Shown piece after piece: positions 12,688 to 26,624 of a stretch of DNA of 64,000 nt. Position numbers and translations under genes: made by a program. The stretch is from NCBI GenBank assembly GCA_964016885.1, contig OZ024741.1:373488001-373552000 (forward strand). The letters are read 5' to 3'. The number at the start of each line of letters is the position of its first letter. The first letter of the stretch is position 1. The DNA comes from Eledone cirrhosa. Taxonomy: Eukaryota. The notes under the pieces were generated by a model that saw only the letters and a program-made list of their open reading frames with translations, searched no databases and was not told the DNA's origin.

Positions 12688-15065
12688 TACTTTGATAACT
12701 TTGATAGGTTTGGGCCAGTATTGGCCCAGGCCATGTCTAACTTAATAGCACCACCTGGAGAAGTCTTACAAATCAGTGTTTGGGTACCATGGCCCACTTG
12801 AGCAGAGTTATTGTTTACGGAGGCATATCCAGGTGTAGGAGGCTTATCTGGGATTTCTTGAAGGAATTTGTCCAAAGACTTCTTGAACTTGACGTGTAGC
12901 GACGTTGGAGAGAATAAAGGTTGAGCTTTCTAATCGACTCCAATAGTCAAGGCCTGTCATGCCATCTATCTTTTTTGTAATTGACCTTTGAGGTGCTTCA
13001 ACTTTCATGATACTTTGTTTCGTGTGGGGAGACCACAGTGGACAACAGTATTCAAGGTGGGGTCGGGCAAAAGTGGAGAAGAGAAGGATAACAGTGTGGA
13101 TATCTCTCGACTGGAAAGTGCTGAGATCCAGGAACACTTTCTGCGGGCCATATCAACTTTGCTGTTTATATGAGTGGCCCAGCTTATGTTGTTGTCCACA
13201 ATTACTCCCATGTCTCTGATGTTATTGAATGCCACTAGAGTTTCACCCGAAGGAAGAGAGTATGGTAGTTTCAGGGCATCCTTTTTTCCAAAGTGGATTA
13301 GTTCAAATTTATCCTCATTCAACACCATATTATTCTTTTCTGCCCATTGGATAACAGCCAGTAGGTCTGACTGAAGGCAAGTCCGGTCACCCACCTCATT
13401 GATGACCCTTTGGAGCTTGGAATCATCTGCAAAGATTCTAATGTTGCTGTGCTTGATGATGTCAGTAATGTCATTAATGTAGATGATGAAAAGAAGTGGG
13501 CCCAACACAGTGCCTTGTGGGACGCCATTGCTAACTTTGGCAGGGCTTGATTTTACTCCTTTGACTACAACATGTTGGGTTCTGTCTGTCAGGAAACATT
13601 TGATCTACTGTAGTAACTTTCCAGAGACACCAACATTGGATAGTTTATTTCAGTAGGATATTGTGATCAACCTTGTCAAAGGCTTTGCTGAAATCAAGGT
13701 AGATGACATCAGTGTTGGAGCCCTCTCCCAAGGCTCTCAAAACATCACCAAAGTGATGCAGGAGCTGCGTTAGGCAGTCTTTTCCATTACGGAACCCATG
13801 TTGATTGGAGTTCAGCAGGCCGTTGCTTTCAAGAAAGTTGGTTATTCGTGATCTCACCACCCTCTCAAATACCTTGATAATATGAGAGATGAGTGAGATC
13901 GGATGGTAGTTCACTGCAAGGGACTTCTTTCCCTTTTTGAAGATTGGGACAACGGACTGGGACAGAAAGTTTTCAGGAATATAGCCAGTATCCAGTGTGT
14001 TCCTCCACAGATTAGCAAGAGGAGATGCAAGTTGGTGTCGACACACCTTCAGGACACAAGCAGGTAACCTGTTGGGGCCTACTGCTGAATTGTGTTTAAT
14101 TTCGTTTATTGCCGCTAAGACATCAGGGGCGCCAAACGTTATGTCTGATATAGTCTGTTGGGGATTAATATCACTGATACATCCCAGATCAGCCATATCA
14201 GGATTGCTAAAAACACCGCAGTATTGTTTCTGCAGTATCTCGTCCATGGTTTTGGCATTATCTTGGAGTGTGCCATTTTCATCAACTAGAGGGCCAACAG
14301 TGGAGACAGTGACCTTGTGTTTTTTAGCAAATGAAAAGAACACTTTGGAGTTGAGTTTGATTTTCTCAATGGCCCACCTCTCTTCAGCTGTTCTCTGGTT
14401 ATTGATGATGGTCATTGTTGGAGGTTATATTTTTTTTATTCAAGCAGGGCGATAGCCATCGAATGTGTGTGTAGCTGTTGGCAGTATTTTAGTGTGTTCA
14501 TTTTTTGGTTTGTTCTTTTTATTTTTCTGATAATTGTTTTTCTGTTTTGAGGGATACTGCACTTAGTTTTGTTCACAGGTTTTGGTGGGGTGTGTTTTGT
14601 ACATATATTTGTGACAGTATCTACAAAGATCTGCCAAGATGTTTTGCTGTTGGTGAAAATGCGTGCGTGTGTAAAAGACCAGTCAACATGTGATAGTTCG
14701 TTCATAATTGCATCCCAGTTAGCATTGTAGAGATCCATGTTATCAAATGGGTTGGTTGGAAAGAGGTCCCTGGGATTAGCTTTCAGCTGGTGGAATCTCA
14801 GGTTACAAAGAACCATGTCATGGTCTGAGAGAAGGTTTTTTCCACTGTAATATTATGGTTAGTGTTAGTGTGGTTACTAAACACTCGATCCAGAATATTC
14901 TGATGCCTTGATGGTACAAGGACAAGTTGGGACAAGAAAAACTCATTCATAAAGTCAAGAAGTGACTCGACAGCTTCTTTGTCAGTGGTTGAGGTTGTGG
15001 TGCCTGGTTTCAAACTACATGTAGAGCAATCGACACAGGGTAGATTAAAGTTTCCCATCAAAAGT
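12688..15065 (-). mobile_element. CR1/L2-group LINE ORF2 pseudogene (end of APE + RT), 5'-truncated
   Basis: Fragments MGNFNLP, ILDRVFSN, YHPISLISHIIKVFER, NQHGFR, DVIYLDFSKAFDKV, LGPLLFIIYINDI, FADDSKL, RPHLEYCCPLWSP. Tail TATCAAAGTTATCAAAG on the minus strand. Confidence 0.9.
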
Positions 15066-15077
15066 ATGTTGCTAGAA

Positions 15078-15277
15078 TGTCAAGATCACAAAATAATCTT
15101 ACCTTAGCAAATTTAACGATCCCAAATATTTTTTGGTTTAAAAACCCATTATCAAGGGAGTAACCCAATGAGAGACTTAAAATCGATCGGATTGACTTGC
15201 TTGTTTGGAGTTTTTAAACCTGAAAATATTTGGGATCGTTAAATTTGCTAAGGTAAGATTCTTTTGTTATCTCGACA
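15078..15277. repeat. Fold-back element / MITE-like, ~70-bp inverted arms
   Basis: TGTCAAGATCACAAAATAATCTTACCTTAGCAAATTTAACGATCCCAAATATTTT... is matched in reverse complement at 15208-15277. Confidence 0.85.
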
Positions 15278-15330
15278 ATTTAATGTTATTCATAATGCAT
15301 TGTTTTGATTTTCAAAATTTAAATTTATAC

Positions 15331-18300
15331 TATATAGTATTGGGTGGACTGTTAACAGTAGTATATAGTGTTGTGTGCACTGTTAACAGTAGTATATAGT
15401 GTTGTGTGGACTGTTAACAGTAGTATATTGTGTTATGTGGTCTGTTAACAGTAGTATATAGTGTTGTGTGGACTGTTAACAGTAGTATATAGTATTGGGT
15501 GGACTGTTAACAGTAGTATATTGTGTTGTGTGGATTGTTAACAGTAGTATATAGTGTTGTGTGGACTGTTAACAGTAGTATATAGTGTTGTGTGGACTGT
15601 TAATAGTAGTATATAGTGTTGTGTGGACTGTTAACAGTAGTATATAGTGTTGTGTGGACTGTTAACAGTAGTATATAGTGTTGTGTGGACTGTTAACAGT
15701 AGTATATAGTGTTGTGTGGACTGTTAACAGTAGTATATTGTGTTGTGTGGACTGTTAACAGTAGTATATAGTGTTGTGTGGACTGTTAACAGTAGTATAT
15801 TGTGTTGTGTGGACTGTTAACAGTAGTATATAGTGTTGTGTGGACTGTTAACAGTAGTATATAGTGTTGTGTGGACTGTTAACAGTAGTATATAGTGTTG
15901 TGTGGACTGTTAACAGTAGTATATATAGTGTTGTGTGGACTGTTAACAGTAGTATATTGTGTTGTGTGGACTGTTAACAGTAGTATATAGTGTTGTGTGA
16001 ACTGTTAACAGTAGTATATTGTGTTGTGTGGACTGTTAACAGTAGTATATAGTGTTGTGTGGACTGTTAACAGTAGTATATTGTGTTGTGTGGACAGTTA
16101 ACAGTAGTATATAGTGTTGTGTGGACTGTTAACAGTAGTATATTGTGTTGTGTGGACTGTTAACAGTAGTATATAGTGTTGTGTGGACTGTTAACAGTAG
16201 TATATAGTGTTGTGTGGACTGTTAACAGTAGTATATAGTGTTGTGTGGACTGTTAACAGTAGTATATAGTGTTGTGTGGACTGTTAACAGTAGTATATAG
16301 TGTTGTGTGGACTGTTAACAGTAGTATATAGTGTTGTGTGGACTGTTAACAGTAGTATATAGTGTTGTGTGGACTGTTAACGGTAGTATATTGTGTTGTG
16401 TGGACTGTTAACAGTAGTATATAGTGTTGTGTGGACTGTTAACAGTAGTATATAGTGTTATGTGGACTGTTAACAGTAGTATATTGTGTTGTGTGGACTG
16501 TTAACAGTAGTATATTGTGTTGTGTGGACTGTTAACAGTAGTATATAGTGTTGTGTGGACTGTTAACAGTAGTATATAGTGTTGTGTGGACTGTTAACAG
16601 TAGTATATAGTGTTGTGTGGACTGTTAACAGTAGTATATAGTGTTGTGTGGACTGTTAACAGTAGTATATTGTGTTGTGTGGACTGTTAACAGTAGTATA
16701 TTGTGTTGTGTGGACTGTTAACAGTAGTATATAGTGTTGTGTGGACTGTTAACAGTAGTATATAGTGTTGTGTGGACTGTTAACAGTAGTATATAGTGTT
16801 GTGTGGACTGTTAACAGTAGTATATAGTGTTGTGTGGACTGTTAACAGTAGTATATAGTATTGGGTGGACTGTTAACAGTAGTATATTGTGTTGTGTGGA
16901 CTGTTAACAGTAGTATATAGTGTTGTGTGGACTGTTAACAGTAGTATATTGTGTTGTGTGGACTGTTAACAGTAGTATATTGTGTTGTGTGGACTGTTAA
17001 CAGTAGTATATAGTGTTGTGTGGACTGTTAACAGTAGTATATTGTGTTGTGTGGACTGTTAACAGTAGTATATAGTGTTGTGTGGACTGTTAACAGTAGG
17101 ATATAGTGTTGTGTGGACTGTTAACAGTAGTATATAGTGTTGTGTGAACTGTTAACAGTAGTATATAGTGTTGTGTGGACTGTTAACAGTAGTATATAGT
17201 GTTGTGTGGACTGTTAACAGTAGTATATTGTGTTGTGTGGACTGTTAACAGTAGTATATTGTGTTGTGTGGACTGTTAACAGTAGTATATTGTGTTGTGT
17301 GGACTGTTAACAGTAGTATATTGTGTTGTGTGGACTGTTAACAGTAGTATATAGTGTTGTGTGGACTGTTAACAGTAGTATATAGTGTTGTGTGGACTGT
17401 TAACAGCAGTATATAGTGTTGTGTGGACTGTTAACAGTAGTATATAGTGTTGTGTGGACTGTTAACAGTAGTATATAGTGTTGTGTGGACTGTTAACAGT
17501 AGTATATAGTGTTGTGTGGACTGTTAACAGTAGTATATAGTATTGGGTGGACTGTTAACAGTAGTATATTGTGTTGTGTGGACTGTTAACAGTAGTATAT
17601 AGTGTTGTGTGGACTGTTAACAGTAGTATATTGTGTTGTGTGGACTGTTAACGGTAGTATATAGTGTTGTGTGGACTGTTAACGGTAGTATATAGTGTTG
17701 TGTGGACTGTTAACAGTAGTATATAGTGTTGTGTGAACTGTTAACAGTAGTATATAGTGTTGTGTGGACTGTTAACAGTAGTATATAGTGTTGTGTGGAC
17801 TGTTAACAGTAGTATATTGTGTTGTGTGGACTGTTAACAGTAGTATATTGTGTTGTGTGGACTGTTAACAGTAGTATATTGTGTTGTGTGGACTGTTAAC
17901 AGTAGTATATAGTGTTGTGTGGACTGTTAACAGTAGTATATTGTGTTGTGTGGACTGTTAACAGTAGTATATTGTGTTGTGTGGACTGTTAACAGTAGTA
18001 TATAGTGTTGTGTGGACTGTTAACAGTAGTATATAGTGTTGTGTGGACTGTTAACAGTAGTATATTGTGTTGTGTGGACTGTTAACAGTAGTATATTGTG
18101 TTGTGTGGACTGTTAACAGTAGTATATTGTGTTGTGTGGACTGTTAACAGTAGCATATAGTGTTGTGTGGACTGTTAACAGTAGTATATTGTGTTGTGTG
18201 GACTGTTAACAGTAGTATATTGTGTTGTGTGGACTGTTAACAGTAGTATATAGTGTTGTGTGGACTGTTAACAGTAGTATATTGTGTTGTGTGGACTGTT

Positions 18301-21300
18301 AAAAGTAGTATATAGTGTTGTGTGGACTGTTAACAGTAGTATATTGTGTTGTGTGGACTGTTAACAGTAGTATATTGTGTTGTGTGGACTGTTAACAGTA
18401 GTATATTGTGTTGTGTGGACTGTTAACAGTAGTATATAGTGTTGTGTGGACTGTTAACAGTAGTATATAGTGTTGTGTGGACTGTTAACAGTAGTATATA
18501 GTGTTGTGTGGACTGTTAACAGTAGTATATTGTGTTGTGTGGACTGTTAACAGTAGTATATAGTGTTGTGTGGACTGTTAACAGTAGTATATAGTGTTGT
18601 GTGGACTGTTAACAGTAGTATATTGTGTTGTGTGGACTGTTAACAGTAGTATATAGTGTTGTGTGGACTGTTAACAGTAGTATATAGTGTTGAGTGGACT
18701 GTTAACAGTAGTATATTGTGTTGTGTGGACTGTTAACAGTAGTATATAGTGTTGTGTGGACTGTTAACAATAGTATATTGTTGTGTGGACTGTTAACAGT
18801 AGTATATTGTGTTGTGTGGACTGTTAACAGTAGTATATAGTGTTGTGTGGACTGTTAACAGTAGTATATAGTGTTGTGTGGACTGTTAACAGTAGTATAT
18901 AGTGTTGTGTGGACTGTTAACAGTAGTATATAGTGTTGTGTGGACTGTTAACGGTAGTATATTGTGTTGTGTGGACTGTTAACAGTAGTATATAGTGTTG
19001 TGTGGACTGTTAACAGTAGTATATAGTGTTATGTGGACTGTTAACAGTAGTATATTGTGTTGTGTGGACTGTTAACAGTAGTATATTGTGTTGTGTGGAC
19101 TGTTAACAGTAGTATATAGTGTTGTGTGGACTGTTAACAGTAGTATATAGTGTTGTGTGGACTGTTAACAGTAGTATATAGTGTTGTGTGGACTGTTAAC
19201 AGTAGTATATAGTGTTGTGTGGACTGTTAACAGTAGTATATTGTGTTGTGTGGACTGTTAACAGTAGTATATTGTGTTGTGTGGACTGTTAACAGTAGTA
19301 TATAGTGTTGTGTGGACTGTTAACAGTAGTATATAGTGTTGTGTGGACTGTTAACAGTAGTATATAGTGTTGTGTGGACTGTTAACAGTAGTATATAGTG
19401 TTGTGTGGACTGTTAACAGTAGTATATAGTATTGGGTGGACTGTTAACAGTAGTATATTGTGTTGTGTGGACTGTTAACAGTAGTATATAGTGTTGTGTG
19501 GACTGTTAACAGTAGTATATTGTGTTGTGTGGACTGTTAACAGTAGTATATTGTGTTGTGTGGACTGTTAACAGTAGTATATAGTGTTGTGTGGACTGTT
19601 AACAGTAGTATATTGTGTTGTGTGGACTGTTAACAGTAGTATATAGTGTTGTGTGGACTGTTAACAGTAGGATATAGTGTTGTGTGGACTGTTAACAGTA
19701 GTATATAGTGTTGTGTGAACTGTTAACAGTAGTATATAGTGTTGTGTGGACTGTTAACAGTAGTATATAGTGTTGTGTGGACTGTTAACAGTAGTATATT
19801 GTGTTGTGTGGACTGTTAACAGTAGTATATTGTGTTGTGTGGACTGTTAACAGTAGTATATTGTGTTGTGTGGACTGTTAACAGTAGTATATTGTGTTGT
19901 GTGGACTGTTAACAGTAGTATATAGTGTTGTGTGGACTGTTAACAGTAGTATATAGTGTTGTGTGGACTGTTAACAGCAGTATATAGTGTTGTGTGGACT
20001 GTTAACAGTAGTATATAGTGTTGTGTGGACTGTTAACAGTAGTATATAGTGTTGTGTGGACTGTTAACAGTAGTATATAGTGTTGTGTGGACTGTTAACA
20101 GTAGTATATAGTATTGGGTGGACTGTTAACAGTAGTATATTGTGTTGTGTGGACTGTTAACAGTAGTATATAGTGTTGTGTGGACTGTTAACAGTAGTAT
20201 ATTGTGTTGTGTGGACTGTTAACGGTAGTATATAGTGTTGTGTGGACTGTTAACGGTAGTATATAGTGTTGTGTGGACTGTTAACAGTAGTATATAGTGT
20301 TGTGTGAACTGTTAACAGTAGTATATAGTGTTGTGTGGACTGTTAACAGTAGTATATAGTGTTGTGTGGACTGTTAACAGTAGTATATTGTGTTGTGTGG
20401 ACTGTTAACAGTAGTATATTGTGTTGTGTGGACTGTTAACAGTAGTATATTGTGTTGTGTGGACTGTTAACAGTAGTATATAGTGTTGTGTGGACTGTTA
20501 ACAGTAGTATATTGTGTTGTGTGGACTGTTAACAGTAGTATATTGTGTTGTGTGGACTGTTAACAGTAGTATATAGTGTTGTGTGGACTGTTAACAGTAG
20601 TATATAGTGTTGTGTGGACTGTTAACAGTAGTATATTGTGTTGTGTGGACTGTTAACAGTAGTATATTGTGTTGTGTGGACTGTTAACAGTAGTATATTG
20701 TGTTGTGTGGACTGTTAACAGTAGCATATAGTGTTGTGTGGACTGTTAACAGTAGTATATTGTGTTGTGTGGACTGTTAACAGTAGTATATTGTGTTGTG
20801 TGGACTGTTAACAGTAGTATATAGTGTTGTGTGGACTGTTAACAGTAGTATATTGTGTTGTGTGGACTGTTAAAAGTAGTATATAGTGTTGTGTGGACTG
20901 TTAACAGTAGTATATTGTGTTGTGTGGACTGTTAACAGTAGTATATTGTGTTGTGTGGACTGTTAACAGTAGTATATTGTGTTGTGTGGACTGTTAACAG
21001 TAGTATATAGTGTTGTGTGGACTGTTAACAGTAGTATATAGTGTTGTGTGGACTGTTAACAGTAGTATATAGTGTTGTGTGGACTGTTAACAGTAGTATA
21101 TTGTGTTGTGTGGACTGTTAACAGTAGTATATAGTGTTGTGTGGACTGTTAACAGTAGTATATAGTGTTGTGTGGACTGTTAACAGTAGTATATTGTGTT
21201 GTGTGGACTGTTAACAGTAGTATATAGTGTTGTGTGGACTGTTAACAGTAGTATATAGTGTTGAGTGGACTGTTAACAGTAGTATATTGTGTTGTGTGGA

Positions 21301-23220
21301 CTGTTAACAGTAGTATATAGTGTTGTGTGGACTGTTAACAATAGTATATTGTTGTGTGGACTGTTAACAGTAGTATATTGTGTTGTGTGGACTGTTAACA
21401 GTAGTATATAGTGTTGTGTGGACTGTTAACAGTAGTATATAGTGTTGTGTGGACTGTTAACAGTAGTATATAGTGTTGTGTGGACTGTTCACAGTAGTAT
21501 ATTGTGTTGTGTGGACTGTTAACAGTAGTATATAGTGTTGTGTGGACTGTTAACAGTAGTATATTGTGTTGTGTGGACTGTTAACAGTAGTATATAGTGT
21601 TGTGTGAACTGTTAACAGTAGTATATTGTGTTGTGTGGACTGTTAACAGTAGTATATAGTGCTGTGTGGACTGTTAACAGTAGTATATTGTGTTGTGTGG
21701 ACTGTTAACAGTAGTATATAGTGTTGTGTGGACTGTTAACAGTAGTATATTGTGTTGTGTGGACTGTTAACAGTAGTATATAGTGTTGTGTGGACTGTTA
21801 ACAGTAGTATATAGTGTTGTGTGGACTGTTAACAGTAGTATATAGTGTTGTGTGGACTGTTAACAGTAGTATATAGTGTTGTGTGGACTGTTAACAGTAG
21901 TATATAGTGTTGTGTGGACTGTTAACAGTAGTATATAGTGTTGTGTGGACTGTTAACAGTAGTATATAGTGTTGTGTGGACTGTTAACAGTAGTATATTG
22001 TGTTGTGTGGACTGTTAACAGTAGTATATAGTGTTGTGTTGACTGTTAACAGTAGTATATAGTGTTATGTGGACTGTTAACAGTAGTATATTGTGTTGTG
22101 TGGACTGTTAACAGTAGTATATTGTGTTGTGTGGACTGTTAACAGTAGTATATAGTGTTGTGTGGACTGTTAACAGTAGTATATAGTGTTGTGTGGACTG
22201 TTAACAGTAGTATATAGTGTTGTGTGGACTGTTAACAGTAGTATATAGTGTTGTGTGGACTGTTAACAGTAGTATATAGTATTGGGTGGACTGTTAACAG
22301 TAGTATATTGTGTTGTGTGGACTGTTAACAGTAGTATATTGTGTTGTGTGGACTGTTAACAGTAGTATATAGTGTTGTGTGGACTGTTAACAATAGTATA
22401 TTGTTGTGTGGACTGTTAACAGTAGTATATTGTGTTGTGTGGACTGTTAACAGTAGTATATAGTGTTGTGTGGACTGTTAACAGTAGTATATAGTGTTGT
22501 GTGGACTGTTAACAGTAGTATATAGTGTTGTGTGGACTATTAACAGTAGTATATTGTGTTGTGTGGACTGTTAACAGTAGTATATAGTGTTGTGTGGAGT
22601 GTTAACAGTAGTATATTGTGTTGTGTGGACTGTTAACAGTAGTATATAGTGTTGTGTGGACTGTTAACAGTAGTATATTGTGTTGTGTGGACTGTTAACA
22701 GTAGTATATAGTGTTGTGTGGACTGTTAACACTAGTATATTGTTGTGTGGACTGTTAACAGTAGTATATTGTGTTGTGTGGACTGTTAACAGTAGTATAT
22801 AGTGTTGTGTGGACTGTTAACAGTAGTATATAGTGTTGTGTGGACTGTTAACAGTAGTATATTGTGTTGTGTGGACTGTTAACAGTAGTATATAGTGTTG
22901 TGTGGACTGTTAACAATAGTATATTGTTGTGTGGACTGTTAACAGTAGTATATTGTGTTGTGTGGACTGTTAACAGTAGTATATAGTGTTGTGTGGACTG
23001 TTAACAGTAGTATATTGTGTTGTGTGGACTGTTAACAGTAGTATATTGTGTTGTGTGGACTGTTAACAGTAGTATATAGTGTTGTGTGGACTGTTAACAG
23101 TAGTATATTGTGTTGTGTGGACTGTTAACAGTAGTATATAGTGTTGTGTGGACTGTTAACAGTAGTATATAGTGTTGTGTGGACTGTTAACAGTAGTATA
23201 TTGTGTTGTGTGGATTGTTA
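15331..23220. repeat. 31-bp tandem satellite, ~254 units (GACTGTTAACAGTAGTATATWGTGTTGTGTG)
   Basis: Directly visible and highly homogeneous. Each unit holds the 12-bp palindrome ACTGTTAACAGT. Confidence 0.98.
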
Positions 23221-23298
23221 TTAACTACTATATTATCTTGGGTCAATGTGGGATCATGTTTATTGATCTTCCAGAAATAGCAGCCAAATTCCCCTTAA

Positions 23299-23503
23299 CC
23301 CTTTAGCATTTAAACCAGCCGTATCCAGAAAGAATTCTCTAACCTCTTTCTGTTCAAACCAACTGTAATTGGCCACTCATACTGATGTTAAGGTAATGTT
23401 CTCAAAATAAATAACAAAATCTTGTAGCTTCAATATTATGTAAGATAAAGCCTTTCCCGTAAAAATACAATAGTATATATAGAGTAACGTAAATGTTAAA
23501 GGG
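23299..23503. mobile_element. piggyBac-type MITE (TTAA target duplication, CCCTTTA termini)
   Basis: TTAA-CCCTTTAGCATTTA ... TAAATGTTAAAGGG-TTAA. A related partial copy starts at ~25948. Confidence 0.75.
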
Positions 23504-24788
23504 TTAAAACCACACATTACCATCTTATATAAAAAAAAAAGGATACATTAGATAGGACTTTTTAGTTGTGTCAGAGACATGGTAAACTCTCTAGTGTTGG
23601 TGATCTATGCACTCAGTACACTCTGTATATTGTGATAGGATGAGCATATATTCATTTAAAACTTCACAAAGAAAGAGACGAAACGATTCTTCAGCTGTAT
23701 CAAGGACAGGACAATTTCCCTAGTGTTGCTGCCATTAAATAATGCACCAAAGCCCCCAGTCCAGCTGGATGTTAGTAGTCCTACTTGAGTACTGTCTGGT
23801 CTGTAGTGATATGTCCAACACTTTCTAGAAGGGAAAATGTATGTGAAATGTTGATGATGATGATGTGGATACGTATGCAGAATCATTAGGATAGAATATC
23901 TCATCACATTTGTTCCGACTCTCTGTGTTTTGTGCTTGAACTCTGCAAAAGTAAGTCAACTTTGCCTTTTATCCTTTTGGGGGTTGATAAAATAAAGTAC
24001 AACACCAAGGTGGTAGACTGGCAGAATTGTCAGACTGTTGGTTAAGATGCCTTGTGGTGTATATATTCTGGCACTTAGTATTCTTAGTCCAAATCACACC
24101 AATGGCCAGAGCTAGCCAATCAACCAGATGACCACAACTGATTATGAAAGCTGCAAAAGGTAGAGGAGGGTGGTGGCTATCTGCTACAGCAGTTGAATGG
24201 TGATAATGACTAAGTGGTTTTTAGTAATTATCTAATCCAGAATTCAGCATTAACTAATAAAGTTGAGCTCATGTTGAGAAATATCAATAACAATAGGCAG
24301 TGATATCTATATGTAATACTGTACAGGGGATAATAAAAATCTAAGGTTTATATCCTATACATTTTATATGATATATGTATTGCTGGTGTGTAATAAATAA
24401 AGTGCTCCTGGCAGAAATAAAGTTAATATGTTACCCCCAAAGAATAGCATTGAAGGATACATACCACCACACGTGGAAAAGACTGGATTAACCATTATGC
24501 AAAATAAACATGTTTAGGGCATCAAGGGAAGGAGGGCAATATTTTGTTAAAATTAAATGTATTTGTCATTTTTATATGCAGACTTTATATGTGTGGGTGG
24601 GGAGGGGGACCATAATCTTTTAAGTGTTTAGAGCCCCAAAAGGACTTAATCTGACCCTGTTATATTTCTACAGATGGCTCCTCTATTACAAACTGGTTCA
24701 AAGTTTTAGGATATCCTTTGGAGAGAAACCTGTTGGAGAACAGGCATTTCATTGTCAGCTTGTTGGGAGATGGAGCCTTAGTCTTATC

Positions 24789-24976
24789 CTCATTTTTACC
24801 AGGTTACCATTTGAGGAAGTATAACTGCAGCTCACATCAGATTAAAGTCATACTGGAATCTTGGTCTAACCCTCATTTTACCAGGTTACTATGTGAGGAA
24901 GTATGATTGCAGCTCACATCCCAGATTAAAGATTTATTGGAACCTGGGTTTGATTCTCATTTCACTAGGTTACCAC
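24789..24976. repeat. Degenerate ~83-bp tandem repeat (~2.3 units)
   Basis: CCTCATTTTACCAGGTTAC...GAGGAAGTAT...GCAGCTCACATC...AGATTAAAG is repeated. Confidence 0.7.
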
Positions 24977-25680
24977 TAGATTAGAGACTTATTACCTCAG
25001 AACAGAAAGACTGTGATGTTGTCCAGTCTTTTGCCATCCCTTTCTTCTAATTCTGCTGAATCCAGTAAAGTGAAGTAAAACTATGTATTTTCAACTAGAA
25101 GCTGTCAGACATAAAATAGTAGGGGTGACTTATATTCAAATCAACTTATACTCAAGTATATACAGTACTTTTCTTACAATTTATAATGTTACCTTTTATT
25201 ACCATCATTTTTGTGAAATATATAGTCTATGTGTTTCGATTTGGAAAATAATCCAAAATGTAAAAGAGTTTAGTAAAATATATAACTCTTTCATAATTAA
25301 TCGGATGTTTAGAACATTACTAAATAAACATGTTTTAACATGAAATTATAATTGAAAGTTTTGTTACTGTATGTCTAATAAAATGCACTACCAATGTTTC
25401 AATTAATTTTGAAAATAATCAAATACTTTGAGGAATTTAATAAAATAATTAAATGTCTAATTAGTAAGCTGGTATTTAAAACATTGCTTAACAAAATTTT
25501 TTTTTAATTATTTTGATGGAAAGTTGTTTTAATATAAAGATAAGCATTTTAAAATGAGCATTTTTGTATCATAGACCCAAGTGCAGTTTCATGTAGTTTG
25601 GTATCAAAAGAGTTAATATATGTAAAAATAAGCACTTTAAAAGGAGCAGTTTCAAGTGAGTTGGTTTTAAAAGGATTATA

Positions 25681-25881
25681 TATGAGGATTGACCAAAAAG
25701 TTTATAGGCTGTCTATGAAGGAGTGATGCTAGAGTTGTGGAATCTTGCATGCATTAATTTCAACTCTTCTGATTAGTAACTACATTGTTATTATCCAGGG
25801 AATATGTTGAAAATATAACTCATTTGGTCATTCCATGAGAGTGTCTTAATCAGCCTATGAACTTTTCAGCTGATCCTTGTA
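25681..25881. mobile_element. Mariner-type MITE (~200 bp); second copy at 45436-45633
   Basis: TA-flanked TIRs (AAAAGTT(C/T)ATAGGCTG / CAGCCTATGAACTTTT); the internal sequence is shared with 45436-45633. Confidence 0.7.
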
Positions 25882-26061
25882 CATTCCACTTTGACAAGCA
25901 GCACGAGACTGAAGTAAGCTGAGAGTGCAACCCAGAAGATGTTCCAATTAACCCTTTAACATATCTGGCCAGAACTGTCTCACCTCTTTCTGTTAAAACT
26001 GGCTGTAACCGGCCACTCATTAAGGTATTCTTCTCAAACTAAATAACATCAAAATCTCAGA

Positions 26062-26624
26062 CCTTTAGCTGTGAGTAGTTAATGTTGCTCACTTGTAAGG
26101 TGTGCATGCCTAATTATCAAAATCCAAAATAGCAAGGAATTACTAGTTTGGTTGATGGAATAGTAAATATAGAATAATGTAAATGCTATGTATCTCACTA
26201 ATTCATTTAGGAAAGGCATGTACACTAACACATTACTTCTCCTCAATATATCTGAAGAATGGTGCCTAATGTAAGAAATATTCCAATAAAGTTTGAAGAA
26301 AAAGTCTCATTATTTGACTCATTAACATTTTACATCAGATTCAATATTTTAAATTTATGAGATATGAATTTTATCAGAATTTTTTGAGGAGGGGCATTGC
26401 TTTGTGTTTTCTTTATTATTTTCTGTTACTGTTGTTGTTGTGGTTGTGGTGTTTTTTCTTTAAAGATTCTTTCAGATAAGTATCAGAAATATGCAGAGAT
26501 TTGATGTTTTGATAATTCTTTGTAATTCCATCAACCAAACTAGTAATTCCTTGCAATTTTGGATTTTGATAATTAGGCATGCACACCTTACAAGTGAGCA
26601 GCATTATTAACTCACAGCTAAAGG
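26062..26624. mobile_element. Fold-back/MITE with ~100-bp terminal inverted repeats
   Basis: 26062-26161 (CCTTTAGCTGTGAG...GGTTGATGGAAT) is the near-perfect reverse complement of 26524-26624. Confidence 0.88.

Noticed and set aside
15331-23220. CRISPR-like array (palindromic ~30-bp repeat)
   Set aside because: Units are contiguous with no unique spacers, there are no cas genes, and the context is eukaryotic.
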